Source of the DNA: Candidatus Lutacidiplasmatales archaeon
GTDB taxonomy: Archaea; Thermoplasmatota; Thermoplasmata; Lutacidiplasmatales; UBA184
NCBI GenBank assembly: GCA_044451945.1
Contig: JBIOKR010000004.1
Coordinates: 23,454 to 87,453 of the forward strand
Reading direction: 5' to 3'
DNA: 64,000 bases
Below are positions 29,017-37,705 of the stretch, in pieces. A program made the position numbers and the translations under genes. How positions within the stretch are numbered: position 1 is the first letter of the stretch; each line of letters begins with the position of its first letter. The notes beneath the pieces were generated by a model that was not told the DNA's origin, ran no database searches, and saw only the letters and a list, made by a program, of their open reading frames with translations.

Positions 29017-30450
29017 ATGGACGAAAGTGCTCAAGAACCGGTTTGCGTCAGGCCGATCGTGGAACCGCTCAGCCAGTCGGAGGAGTCGATCGGTCGGGCG
29101 CTCGGACGACTGGACGCTCGCAGCGCCTACGCGGACGCGATGGCCCAGGCGGCGGGAGGGCACAGCCTAGGCTACGACCCGAAGGCGACGCGACCCGGGA
29201 CCGCTCCCCGAGTACAGGGCGTCGTGTTTCGGGCGTGGGCCTTGGATCATTGGGTCGAAGCAGCAGTCTCGAGTCTCGAGCCCGAGGCGATGCGGAGCAC
29301 GGTGGACTCCCTGCTGAAACTCCTCCCTACGAAGCGAGGCCCCGAACCGCCCGGGACCGCTTCCACGACCAAGGGAAGCGCGTCGACCTCGGTTCGCCGC
29401 CCTCCGGAGGACGTCCACCCCGAGGACCGGGTCGCCATGGCGAAGCTCTGGGCGGGATGGGCACTCGGAGTCCCCGGCATCGCGACCGCGTCGGTGGGGA
29501 TCTCCGACGCACAGGATGAACGGCTCTTCCTCTCGAGCGCCGGAGCCTCGGTCTACCAGAAGCTGACGCGAGTGGCGATCGTGGTAGTACCGATCGCCAA
29601 GGACGGGGACAAGGTCCGGACGGTCCCGTTCCGAGTCGGCGTGTCGGCCGGTTATGAGGCAGCGGAAGACGTCACCGAGGCCCGGGTCCTTGAAGCCGCC
29701 CGGGAGAGCCTCGCGCTCCTGACGGCGAAGGCGCCGCCGTCGGGTCGGCACAAGGTGATCCTCGACCCGAGCACCACCGGGACGGTCGCCCACGAGTCGT
29801 TCGGGCACGGGGCCGAGGCCGACCAGGCGGTCCGGGACCGGTCGTACCTTAAGGCGGACCTCGGAGGGATGGTGGGTCCGGAGTCGCTCACGATCGTCGA
29901 CGACGGAACCTTGCCGGGGGCGTGGGGCTCGATCTTCTTCGACGACGACGGGCTTCCCTCCCATCGGACCGTCCTGGTCGATCACGGCCGCTTCGTCCGA
30001 TTCTTGCACGACCGCGCCACCGCGGCCGCGCTCGGGCAGGAGCCGACGGGCAACGCCCGACGCTCGGACTTCATGAGCCGCTCGTACGTCCGGATGACGA
30101 ACACCTTCATCGAAGGGGGCGATTGGACCCTCGACGAGCTCATCGCCGAAGCCAAGGATGGGGTGCTCCTGGAGCGGGCCACCGAGGGCGTGGAGGACCC
30201 GCTCGGAGGCCTCATGCAAATTGGCGTGCTCCGGGGGCGTCGGATCGAGCACGGGGAGCTCACCGACCTCCTCTCCTCGATGAAGCTCTCCGGGAACGTT
30301 CTCGAGTTCTTGGGCGGGCTCAAGGGAGTCTCTCGGCTCCCGCGGGTCGAGATCGACCCCGGCACCTGCGGGAAGGGGTTCAGCGACCTCCTCCCCGCCG
30401 GGACCGGTGGGCCGTTCGTGCTCTCCGAAGCCGTCGTGGGGCCGGGATGA
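29017..30450 (+). CDS. tldD: TldD-family metalloprotease
   Basis: VAHESFGHGAEAD (HExxxH), FDDDG, GNARRS...VRMTNTFI, TCGKG. Confidence 0.9.
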   Translation: MDESAQEPVCVRPIVEPLSQSEESIGRALGRLDARSAYADAMAQAAGGHSLGYDPKATRPGTAPRVQGVVFRAWALDHWVEAAVSSLEPEAMRSTVDSLLKLLPTKRGPEPPGTASTTKGSASTSVRRPPEDVHPEDRVAMAKLWAGWALGVPGIATASVGISDAQDERLFLSSAGASVYQKLTRVAIVVVPIAKDGDKVRTVPFRVGVSAGYEAAEDVTEARVLEAARESLALLTAKAPPSGRHKVILDPSTTGTVAHESFGHGAEADQAVRDRSYLKADLGGMVGPESLTIVDDGTLPGAWGSIFFDDDGLPSHRTVLVDHGRFVRFLHDRATAAALGQEPTGNARRSDFMSRSYVRMTNTFIEGGDWTLDELIAEAKDGVLLERATEGVEDPLGGLMQIGVLRGRRIEHGELTDLLSSMKLSGNVLEFLGGLKGVSRLPRVEIDPGTCGKGFSDLLPAGTGGPFVLSEAVVGPG

Positions 30451-31859
30451 GCGCCTCCGCCCCGGCCGCTGATACAGCGTTCCGCCTCGCGGATCGGCTC
30501 CGGGGAACTCTCCCCGGCCCCTGGGACGTCCACGCCGAGCGGGCACGACGCTTTGAGGTCCACCTGCAGAACGGGAAGCAGGAGCTCGTCCGGGGCCCGG
30601 TCCAGGTCGAGGGGTTCGGACTGCGACTGATCCGGGCGACCTCCGAGGGCGGCTCGACCGGTTTCGCCTCCTCCACGGACCTCTCCGACGCATCGTTGGG
30701 GCGTGCGGTCGAGGATGCCGAGTCGACAGCGCGGCACTCAAGGTTCCCCGTGGGCGACGTCGAGCTTCCCGCGAGCCTGCCCGCCTCCACCCTCATCCCG
30801 AACACGGTGGACCGGGCCCTATGGGAGGACCCGACCCGCCGCCTTGAGGAGCTCATCGCCGAGCTCGGGACGGCGTGCAACACGGAGAAGGGCGTTTCGC
30901 CGAGCTTTGGCTCCATCCGCGCCACGCTCACGGAGACGACGCTCTCGAACTCCTCCGGCCTGGAGGCGTCGTGTGCGAGGACCCAGATCGAGCTCGAGGT
31001 CGCCCTCAAGGCCGAAGGCGGCCCCCAAGGGCGGCCCCCCGGGGAGTTCTGGGCCAACGAGACGCTCTGCCGCATCGAGATGGGCTGGTTGGCGAGAATG
31101 GGACCACGGTGGGCCCGCATGGCCGCCGACGTTCGGGTCGCCAAGGCGCCAGCGAGCGGTCCGACCCGGGCCCTGTTCACCCCCTCGGTATTGAGTGAGA
31201 TACTCCCCGGGGCTCTCGGCTACCGCTTCTCGAGCAGCGCCCAGCTTCGCCAGCTCGCGATCGCCGAAGGGACCAAGGTCGCCTCGGAGCTTCTCAGCCT
31301 GGACGACGACGGCCTCCTCCCGTTCGGTATCGCCAGCGCGCCGTTCGACGGCGAGGGGGTCCCGCACCGGCGGCACGCCCTCGTCACTGAGGGGAGCGCA
31401 TCGGGGAGCGTCTCGGACCTGCTGCATGCGAAGGCGCTCGGGGGCCGGTCGACCGGGAACGGGCAGAGGAGCCCGGTGCGCTTCTCGCATTGGCTCACCT
31501 TCACGAATTCGGTCATACCGCGCCCCACGACGCTCGTGGTGCGACCCGGGGAGGGTGGCTCGGAGGAGGAGATGGCGGAGGAGCTCGGGGAGGGGATCAT
31601 CGTCGAGCAGCTCGGCTTCCCGAACCCCAACGAGATCTCCGGGTCGTTCGGGGGAGAGCTTCGGCTCGGTTATCGGGTCCACCACGGGAAGCGGGGCGCT
31701 CCGATACGAGGGGGAACGGTCGGAGACAACCTCTTGGCGTCGCCCGGGGAGAGGTCGTTCCTCACCGCGATCGCGGCGATCGGCAGCCGCCCGGAGATCT
31801 CCGGTCGACTCTTTGCTCCGACGCTGCGGGTCGACGACCTACCGGTCGCCGGCGGCTAG
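30447..31859 (+). CDS. tldE: TldE/PmbA-family protein
   Basis: No HExxxH. PFDGEGVP, STGNG.R, GSFGG, IRGGTVGDN. ATGA overlap with tldD. Confidence 0.85.
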   Translation: MSASAPAADTAFRLADRLRGTLPGPWDVHAERARRFEVHLQNGKQELVRGPVQVEGFGLRLIRATSEGGSTGFASSTDLSDASLGRAVEDAESTARHSRFPVGDVELPASLPASTLIPNTVDRALWEDPTRRLEELIAELGTACNTEKGVSPSFGSIRATLTETTLSNSSGLEASCARTQIELEVALKAEGGPQGRPPGEFWANETLCRIEMGWLARMGPRWARMAADVRVAKAPASGPTRALFTPSVLSEILPGALGYRFSSSAQLRQLAIAEGTKVASELLSLDDDGLLPFGIASAPFDGEGVPHRRHALVTEGSASGSVSDLLHAKALGGRSTGNGQRSPVRFSHWLTFTNSVIPRPTTLVVRPGEGGSEEEMAEELGEGIIVEQLGFPNPNEISGSFGGELRLGYRVHHGKRGAPIRGGTVGDNLLASPGERSFLTAIAAIGSRPEISGRLFAPTLRVDDLPVAGG

Positions 31860-31884
31860 ACCCGGCCCCCGGGGAGTCCCGCCC

Positions 31885-32109
31885 TTACTTCAGGCGCAGG
31901 AGGATCGTCGAACAGTTGCGGCATCGTCCGCCGGGAAGGTTGGCCGAGTACGTGCCCAGGAAGCCCGTAGGGACCAACACCTCGAGGCCCTTGGGCCTCA
32001 AGCGGGCCGCCGAGCGCTCCGTCGCCCACTCCAGGCCGGAGCCGTTCGTGGTCGAGACGAAACCATCCTCAAGAGGCCCCCCGCACGTGGCGCAAACCGC
32101 GGTTCCCAT
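31885..32109 (-). CDS. Small zinc-ribbon protein (PF20097/DUF6487-like)
   Basis: CATCGGPLEDGF....LEW ... RCRNC pattern, 74 aa. Confidence 0.75.
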   Translation of the reverse strand: MGTAVCATCGGPLEDGFVSTTNGSGLEWATERSAARLRPKGLEVLVPTGFLGTYSANLPGGRCRNCSTILLRLK

Positions 32110-32235
32110 CAGTTGGACCTGCCCCCCCCACCCCGGAGTGGGTATCTCTCTTTTGCGGCGCCTGATCCGCCGAGCGCGCGAGGAGCGCGCCGGGGGGGTC
32201 CAAAAACTCTGTTCACTCGAAAAGAAGGGGAAGGC

Positions 32236-32317
32236 GGGGGGTCAAAGCGACCCCCCTCAGTGGGTCTAAAGCAAGACTCCCGCCCGGCACCGGGTAAACC
32301 GGGCGGGAATCAGTGGG
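32236..32317. other. Compact structured element: three hairpins and a twice-repeated TCAGTGGG
   Basis: GGGGGGTC-AAAGC-GACCCCCC (32236-32256), TCAGTGGG (32257-32264), GTCT-AAAGCA-AGAC, 10-bp stem TCCCGCCCGG/CCGGGCGGGA (32278-32308), TCAGTGGG (32310-32317). Confidence 0.55.
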
Positions 32318-32345
32318 CATCGTGAGTTCAGAGTCCGACCAGCAT

Positions 32346-32564
32346 CTACGTGCTCCTTCGGGGTGCAAAGGGCGTCGATCCGTCGCGATCCTCCATGGGG
32401 AAGAGCGCGGTCGGGGCAAGCCAACTGGGCCAGTGGAACATCGGGTTCGACTCGGGGGGCTCGGCGACGGCGAGCAGGATCCCTCCGTCCGGCGCGACGG
32501 TGGCGGTCGGGCGACGGCCGCGGGGGTTCTCCCCGCGCTGCAAGACTTCGATTCGCAGCATCAT
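32346..32564 (-). CDS. Small hypothetical protein (72 aa)
   Basis: GGAGG upstream of the ATG. ATGA overlap with the upstream ORF implies translational coupling. Confidence 0.5.
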   Translation of the reverse strand: MMLRIEVLQRGENPRGRRPTATVAPDGGILLAVAEPPESNPMFHWPSWLAPTALFPMEDRDGSTPFAPRRST

Positions 32565-32908
32565 AGGTAGTCCTCCGCCTGGGTCGGCATCGGCCACGGG
32601 AAGGAGAACGAGGAGGAGCGGCGGCTCGCGGGCTGGGGCATCGGGAGCGATCCCGGGTAGACCGCCGAGGCGGGGCCGAGTTGGCTGCCCGCGTCAGCGT
32701 CCATGGGGGAGGGCTCCTGGCTCTCGAGGCTCGGGGAGGCCGACGGGATCAGTCCGAAGACGACGTCCGGGCATCCCGAGGCCTTCGGGGCACCCACCTG
32801 GTACTGGCGGGTGTTGTGGGCCCGTCCGCAGGAGGGGCAAACGTCCGCCTGGGCCAGCATCGCACGGATGCCTCCCGAGTAGGCGCCGCTCTCCGCAGCT
32901 CGCGTCAT
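32561..32908 (-). CDS. Small hypothetical protein with CPSC motif and Pro/Ser-rich tail (115 aa)
   Basis: CATATAG TATA-like element ~27 nt upstream of ATG 32908 (leaderless geometry). CPSCGRAH...C in the N-terminal half. Confidence 0.5.
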   Translation of the reverse strand: MTRAAESGAYSGGIRAMLAQADVCPSCGRAHNTRQYQVGAPKASGCPDVVFGLIPSASPSLESQEPSPMDADAGSQLGPASAVYPGSLPMPQPASRRSSSFSFPWPMPTQAEDYL

Positions 32909-32948
32909 TGGTAGACCATTCCGCTTTTTCTCTATATGAACCCCACGA

Positions 32949-32968
32949 GTTAGATTGTACAATCTAAC
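32949..32968. promoter_or_regulatory. Perfect 20-bp palindrome GTTAGATTGTACAATCTAAC, probable operator in a divergent promoter
   Basis: Exactly self-complementary and AT-rich in a very GC-rich genome. Lies 32 bp before the wHTH-STAND-TPR start and just upstream of the divergent TATA element. Confidence 0.75.
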
Positions 32969-33000
32969 GCTAAGTACTACCTCCTCGCCTATCTTGTACG

Positions 33001-35409
33001 GTGCCCGTAGTCAGCTACCTACCGGCGGAGATCCTCGACTACATTGCCACCCACGCCCCCGCCGAGGACTCTGTGTTCGGGATCAGCCAGCGGGAGCTCG
33101 CCAAGGCCCTGGGGTACCACCCGAGCTCGATGTGCCGGCCGCTTCAGGACCTCGTGGAGAGCGGCCACCTGAACACCCGCCGGGCGGTCGTGCGCGGCGG
33201 CGTCCGCAAGCAGTTCGTCTACACCCTGACCGAGGAGGGCCGAACCCATCTGCGCAAGCGCACCAAGGACGTCCCCCTCCTCTCCGGTGAGCTGCCCCCT
33301 CCTCCCAACCCTTTCGTGGGTCGCCGGGAGGAGTTGAAGGAGCTCTGGACCTACTCGAAGGAGGGGGGGGCCGTCATCTTCGTAGAAGGCCCCCCCGGGA
33401 TGGGCAAGACGGCTCTCATCAGCCGTCACATCCGGCGGCTGAAGGCGGGGCGGGTCCCGTTTTGGTTCAAGGTGAGGCCTTCGAGCTCCGCCCGCCACTT
33501 CACCGTGGCCCTCTCCCATGCCCTGGCGGCGACGGGGGCCCAGCAGCTCGCCTACTATTCGCAGCTACCCCGCCAGCCCGTCGGCCGGGAGGTCGCAGAC
33601 CTTGCGCACCGGGCGCTCGCCGATCGGGAGTTCCTGGCGGTCATCGACGATAGCCAGGAGGCGTCCCAGGAGATGCGTCAGTTCCTGGGGGAGTTTGTGG
33701 GTGGTCTGGGCCACGGCCGGCGGGACCTGATCTTCGTTCTCGGCCAGGGGGCCCCGATCCTGGACCCTGTGAACTTCAGCGTCCACCACATGATGCTGGG
33801 GGGCCTCGACCGTGTGGCCGCTCACGAGCTCACGGACCGGCGGGGAGGGCTCGCCGACCGCTTCGAGGGGGTTTACCAGGCGAGCCTCGGTTCGCCCCTG
33901 TTCCTCCAGTTGGCGGTGGCCACCCCGGATGCCGAGGTCAGCCCGACGGCACTGCCCGCCGCGATCGTCAACCGGTTGGACCCCAAGGAGATCGACGCCC
34001 TCCTCCCGATTGCTCTCGCCAACGAGCCGCTTCCGGCCTCGTTCATCGAGGAGGTCAGCGGGATCACGGAGGCTCGGATCAATCAGTTGGCCCAAGGGGG
34101 GGTACTCCAGCACACCTTCGAGGGGAGGGTTGAGCTGCTGCAGGTGGTCCGCACGGCTCTGATGACCAAGGTCGGCCCGGTCCAGGAGAGGGCGGGGCAT
34201 GCCACCCTGGCGACCTTCTACTCCCGAAGCCACAGTCCCGAAGCGGTTCGGGAGCGGTTCCTCCACCTCGTGGCCAGCGAGAATTGGAAACTTTCCTCCC
34301 AGGTCCTCGAGAACCAGGAGAAGACCCTGCTCTCGCTCGGCTACTCCGACCACCTGAGGAACGCTCTACGCCATCTTACCCTCGCCATGCCCAAGGCTCC
34401 GGAACGCGGGAAGGCACTGAGGGTCGAGGCCGCGGTCCTCCGAATGCACTCCGAGTACACCGAAGCGATCCAGTCTCTGCGCAGGTCGATCACCGAAGGA
34501 GACAGCGATCCGAGGCTCGAGGGCGAATCGCTGATGCTCATTGTCGAACTCTACGTGAGGCTTCGCCAGGTCGACGAGGCGAACCGGACGCTCGATGAAG
34601 CCCGCCGGTTCGCGTCCATGAGTCGACGCCTTCAGGTCTTCGTGCTGTTGAGCGAGGCCCGAATTGTGGAGGCAAGTGGGGATTGGCCGAGGGCACTGGC
34701 CATGTTCCAGCAGTCTTTCCAGGTCGCCAAACGCGCGCGGGTCCCCGACCTAGCGCTTGAGAGCGTCGCATCCTGGTCGCGCCTTGCGGGCCTGGGCGGG
34801 GATCAGGAAGCCGCCCTCGCGATGGTCGAGCAGGGCTTGCCTGATGCTCGGAAGTCTGGTCGCCAGGACATCGTGTTCAATCTTCTGCTCGTCAAGGCTC
34901 GAGCCCTCGCTGACACTGGTCGGCGGGATCTCGCCGAGGCCGAAATGAGGATGATCAAGACCGAGGCTGAGGCTCTCGGGTACCTGAGTCAGCTCACCTA
35001 CACGCTGAGCGGCCTGGCAGCGATGGCGGTGGAAGCTGGCAGGTGGACCGAGGCGATCTCACATGCCCGCCAGGCGTGCGCTCTGGCCGAGCGGCTCGGT
35101 AACGATCTGGTGTTTGGGCACACGCTTTCCGTTCTGGCGAACGCGTCACACCGCCAAGGGCTGCTCGAGGATGCCCGGCGTGAGGGTGAACGAAGCTTGG
35201 CGGTCCTCACTCGACTCCCGCCTTCTGATTCGTTGACGATGGCCCACGGGGTTCTCGCGGAGATATTCCTCGATCTGCACATGCTCAAGGAGGCGCGAGA
35301 ACACTACGACGAGGGGGTTCGCCTGGCGGAAACCATGGGCCTAACTTGGTGGAAGGAAGTAATCGAAACGGAAATTAAGCAGAAGCTTGCGAGCGCCGGA
35401 GCTATATGA
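33001..35409 (+). CDS. wHTH - STAND-type P-loop NTPase - TPR regulator
   Basis: N-terminal ISQRELAKALGYHPSSMCRPLQDL HTH; NPFVGRREEL; GPPGMGKT Walker A; LAVIDDSQE Walker B; C-terminal helical TPR-like repeats. Confidence 0.85.
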   Translation: MPVVSYLPAEILDYIATHAPAEDSVFGISQRELAKALGYHPSSMCRPLQDLVESGHLNTRRAVVRGGVRKQFVYTLTEEGRTHLRKRTKDVPLLSGELPPPPNPFVGRREELKELWTYSKEGGAVIFVEGPPGMGKTALISRHIRRLKAGRVPFWFKVRPSSSARHFTVALSHALAATGAQQLAYYSQLPRQPVGREVADLAHRALADREFLAVIDDSQEASQEMRQFLGEFVGGLGHGRRDLIFVLGQGAPILDPVNFSVHHMMLGGLDRVAAHELTDRRGGLADRFEGVYQASLGSPLFLQLAVATPDAEVSPTALPAAIVNRLDPKEIDALLPIALANEPLPASFIEEVSGITEARINQLAQGGVLQHTFEGRVELLQVVRTALMTKVGPVQERAGHATLATFYSRSHSPEAVRERFLHLVASENWKLSSQVLENQEKTLLSLGYSDHLRNALRHLTLAMPKAPERGKALRVEAAVLRMHSEYTEAIQSLRRSITEGDSDPRLEGESLMLIVELYVRLRQVDEANRTLDEARRFASMSRRLQVFVLLSEARIVEASGDWPRALAMFQQSFQVAKRARVPDLALESVASWSRLAGLGGDQEAALAMVEQGLPDARKSGRQDIVFNLLLVKARALADTGRRDLAEAEMRMIKTEAEALGYLSQLTYTLSGLAAMAVEAGRWTEAISHARQACALAERLGNDLVFGHTLSVLANASHRQGLLEDARREGERSLAVLTRLPPSDSLTMAHGVLAEIFLDLHMLKEAREHYDEGVRLAETMGLTWWKEVIETEIKQKLASAGAI

Positions 35410-35797
35410 TATCCAATCATCCCAGACCAGTCAATGGGATTTGGACAATGTTGCTTGAGTTACACCATCGGGGAGGGGGACGGAGATCCCCCTCCCGGGC
35501 AGGCTAACTAAAGCTGCTCGTGCGGAACGGGCGGAACTGCGGGGATGTACATTGGGCGACTCACCTCCAAGTCGCCTCCCGGCCCGGACCCTACTTGAAG
35601 GTTCTCCGAGTTTGGCCGACGGTTTCTCCGAGATATACCGCACGTAGCCGTAAGGGTACATGCGCATCGGTCTAAGTTTTCTCATAAGCGGCGACATTGC
35701 CGTTTTTCGAATCTCAATGCGAACCTTTTCGACGAGCCTTCGTGCGCCCGCTGAAACCCGCGGTTCGGCCGATCCGGCGCATCCGTCGGATCGAAGT

Positions 35798-36451
35798 TCA
35801 ATGCTTGAATAGTGGCCGGAACAAATTTCCCTTTCGCATTTTGTGTATCACTTTGATGTCGTCGACATCGTAACGCTTCTGCGTCCACGGGTCCGCGATA
35901 TTCGAATATCCCCGGACCTCCCAGAAACCCGGCTGGTCTTCGGAAACGAAGTTGAGACCGCGCAGCCATTTGGCGCTCTTGTAGAAGTACCGTTTCGGTA
36001 CCAGCATGCGCACCGGGCCCCCGTGCTCGGAGGGAAGCGGTTTCCCGTCGAAGCTGTGGGCGAGCATCACGTCGTCGTCGAGCAGCGCCTCGAGGGGGAG
36101 CGACGTCGTGAACCCCTGCTCGCACTCCATCACGACGAACCGGGCGAACGGCCGGGGAGCTACCCGCTGTGCCAGGGAGCGGAACGGGACTCCGCTCCAC
36201 CGCGTCCCGAGCTTCGTCCAGGAGGTGACGCAGTGGATATCGACCGTGAGCTCCTGCTGAGGGAGCGAGAGCAGCGCGGCGAAGTCGAATCGATCAGGGT
36301 GCTCCACCTCCCCGTGCACCGTGAGATTCCAGCTCTGGGGGGTCAGCTCAACCGGGACGCTCCCGGCGTGCAGCACCGGCCAGCCGACGGTCACGACCTG
36401 GCCCGGCGGGACCCTCGGCCGCTCACCGGTGGAGAGGGGAGGCGCCTCCAT
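35798..36451 (-). CDS. Sulfite-oxidase-like molybdopterin-dependent oxidoreductase (MsrP/YedY-like catalytic domain)
   Basis: PPGQ...WPVLH, DIHCVTSW (Mo-ligating Cys), HGGPVRMLVP..YFYKSAKW, GFWE..GY. Confidence 0.9.
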   Translation of the reverse strand: MEAPPLSTGERPRVPPGQVVTVGWPVLHAGSVPVELTPQSWNLTVHGEVEHPDRFDFAALLSLPQQELTVDIHCVTSWTKLGTRWSGVPFRSLAQRVAPRPFARFVVMECEQGFTTSLPLEALLDDDVMLAHSFDGKPLPSEHGGPVRMLVPKRYFYKSAKWLRGLNFVSEDQPGFWEVRGYSNIADPWTQKRYDVDDIKVIHKMRKGNLFRPLFKH

Positions 36452-36483
36452 CGGTGACCACCCCGAGCCGATCGACCGACCGG

Positions 36484-37542
36484 TCAGCCGCGGCGGATCT
36501 CGACCTCATCCCCGGTCCAGTCGAAGGAGAGCCGACGCCTGGGCTGCCAGCTCTTCCGGCGGTCCCAGAGGGCTCCGGCGAGCAGAGGGAGCCCGATCGA
36601 GGCGTCGAGATGGGCCATCGCCCGGGTGGCGGTCCGGGAGATCTTCCCCCACGACTGGGCTTCGTCGAGCGTGCTCCCCGACAGCCCGCCCCAGTGGGGT
36701 ACGTCCGTGGTGATCTGAAGGGCGTAGTAGTGCCCCTCCCCTTCCCGACCGAAGGCGTAGTTCGCCATCACGATGCCGTCGTTGATCCAGTTCTTCGGCG
36801 TTCCCCCGCCGATGTAGATGACGGCGGTCCGGGGGGAATGGGAGAGGATCTGGACGAGCTCGTAATTGTCCCGGACCGCGTCCAGGATGAACCGGGGGCG
36901 GCCCCGATTCGCCTGGTAGTGAAGGGTGAGGCCGATGCCGATAGAACTGTCGATAAGCGCCGGGGAGAAGACCGGCACCCCGCGGCGCGCGGCGGTCGCG
37001 AGGATCGACTCCTTGTCGTCGAAATGGGAGCCGAGGAAGCCGAGGTACTCGCGGGAGGAGGCCGGCCTTGCCGGGAAGTCGTCCGTGAGCTTGCCGATCG
37101 CCCGGTCGGTCTCCTCGAACTTGAGCTCGTCGACGTAGGTGTCGTAGATGCGGTCGAGGTAGAGGTCCCGAAGCTCCAGGTCGTTCGCCCCTGGAGAACC
37201 GACCCAGTGGCGCCCGCCGATAGTCTGGTAGATATCCTGGTAGAGCACGGCGCCGGTCGAAACGACCACGTCGACCAGTCCCCAGTCGATCAGGTCCCGG
37301 ATCACCTTGCGCAGCCCGGCGGCGATCAGGGGCCCGGCGAGGCCCAGGAAGATCGTTGGCCGACGTTTGTCCGACAGGGCGTTCTCCCAGACTTGGGCGC
37401 ACTTTCCCAAGTTCCGGGCCTGGATCGAGGTTCCACGGAACTGTCGGAGGAGCTCGCCGAGCCCCGGGGCCTTCGTGACGTCGACCGGGAGGACCGACTT
37501 CGTGAGGAATCTTCGGCGACCGGCGGCGAGAGAACGCGGCAC
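36484..37542 (-). CDS. dys: Deoxyhypusine synthase family protein
   Basis: GLAGPL, VVSTGA, SPAL.DSSIG, IGGGTPKNW, GGLSGSTLDEAQSWGK (catalytic Lys), DASIGLPL. Confidence 0.85.
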   Translation of the reverse strand: MPRSLAAGRRRFLTKSVLPVDVTKAPGLGELLRQFRGTSIQARNLGKCAQVWENALSDKRRPTIFLGLAGPLIAAGLRKVIRDLIDWGLVDVVVSTGAVLYQDIYQTIGGRHWVGSPGANDLELRDLYLDRIYDTYVDELKFEETDRAIGKLTDDFPARPASSREYLGFLGSHFDDKESILATAARRGVPVFSPALIDSSIGIGLTLHYQANRGRPRFILDAVRDNYELVQILSHSPRTAVIYIGGGTPKNWINDGIVMANYAFGREGEGHYYALQITTDVPHWGGLSGSTLDEAQSWGKISRTATRAMAHLDASIGLPLLAGALWDRRKSWQPRRRLSFDWTGDEVEIRRG

Positions 37543-37705
37543 GGCCGCTCCAATCCGGGAGGCCAGATAAGCCGGCCCATTCCTGGAAACAGGTGGCGCC
37601 CCTACGGCATCACCGCCCTGCCTTCGCCGGGCATCCAGGGTCCCCGGCGAGACACGGATTGCGGCTGGGTTAAATCACCGAAACTCGCCTAGTATCACCA
37701 ACTCC

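Noticed and set aside
32221-32320. c-di-GMP-I (GEMM) riboswitch, suggested by CAAAGC and GGGTCTAA words
   Set aside because: Spacing and order do not fit, and the GAAA-tetraloop P1/P2 architecture is absent. Kept only as an unnamed structured element.
35431-35697. 88-aa ORF as a real gene
   Set aside because: No motif, biased composition and no clear promoter or RBS.
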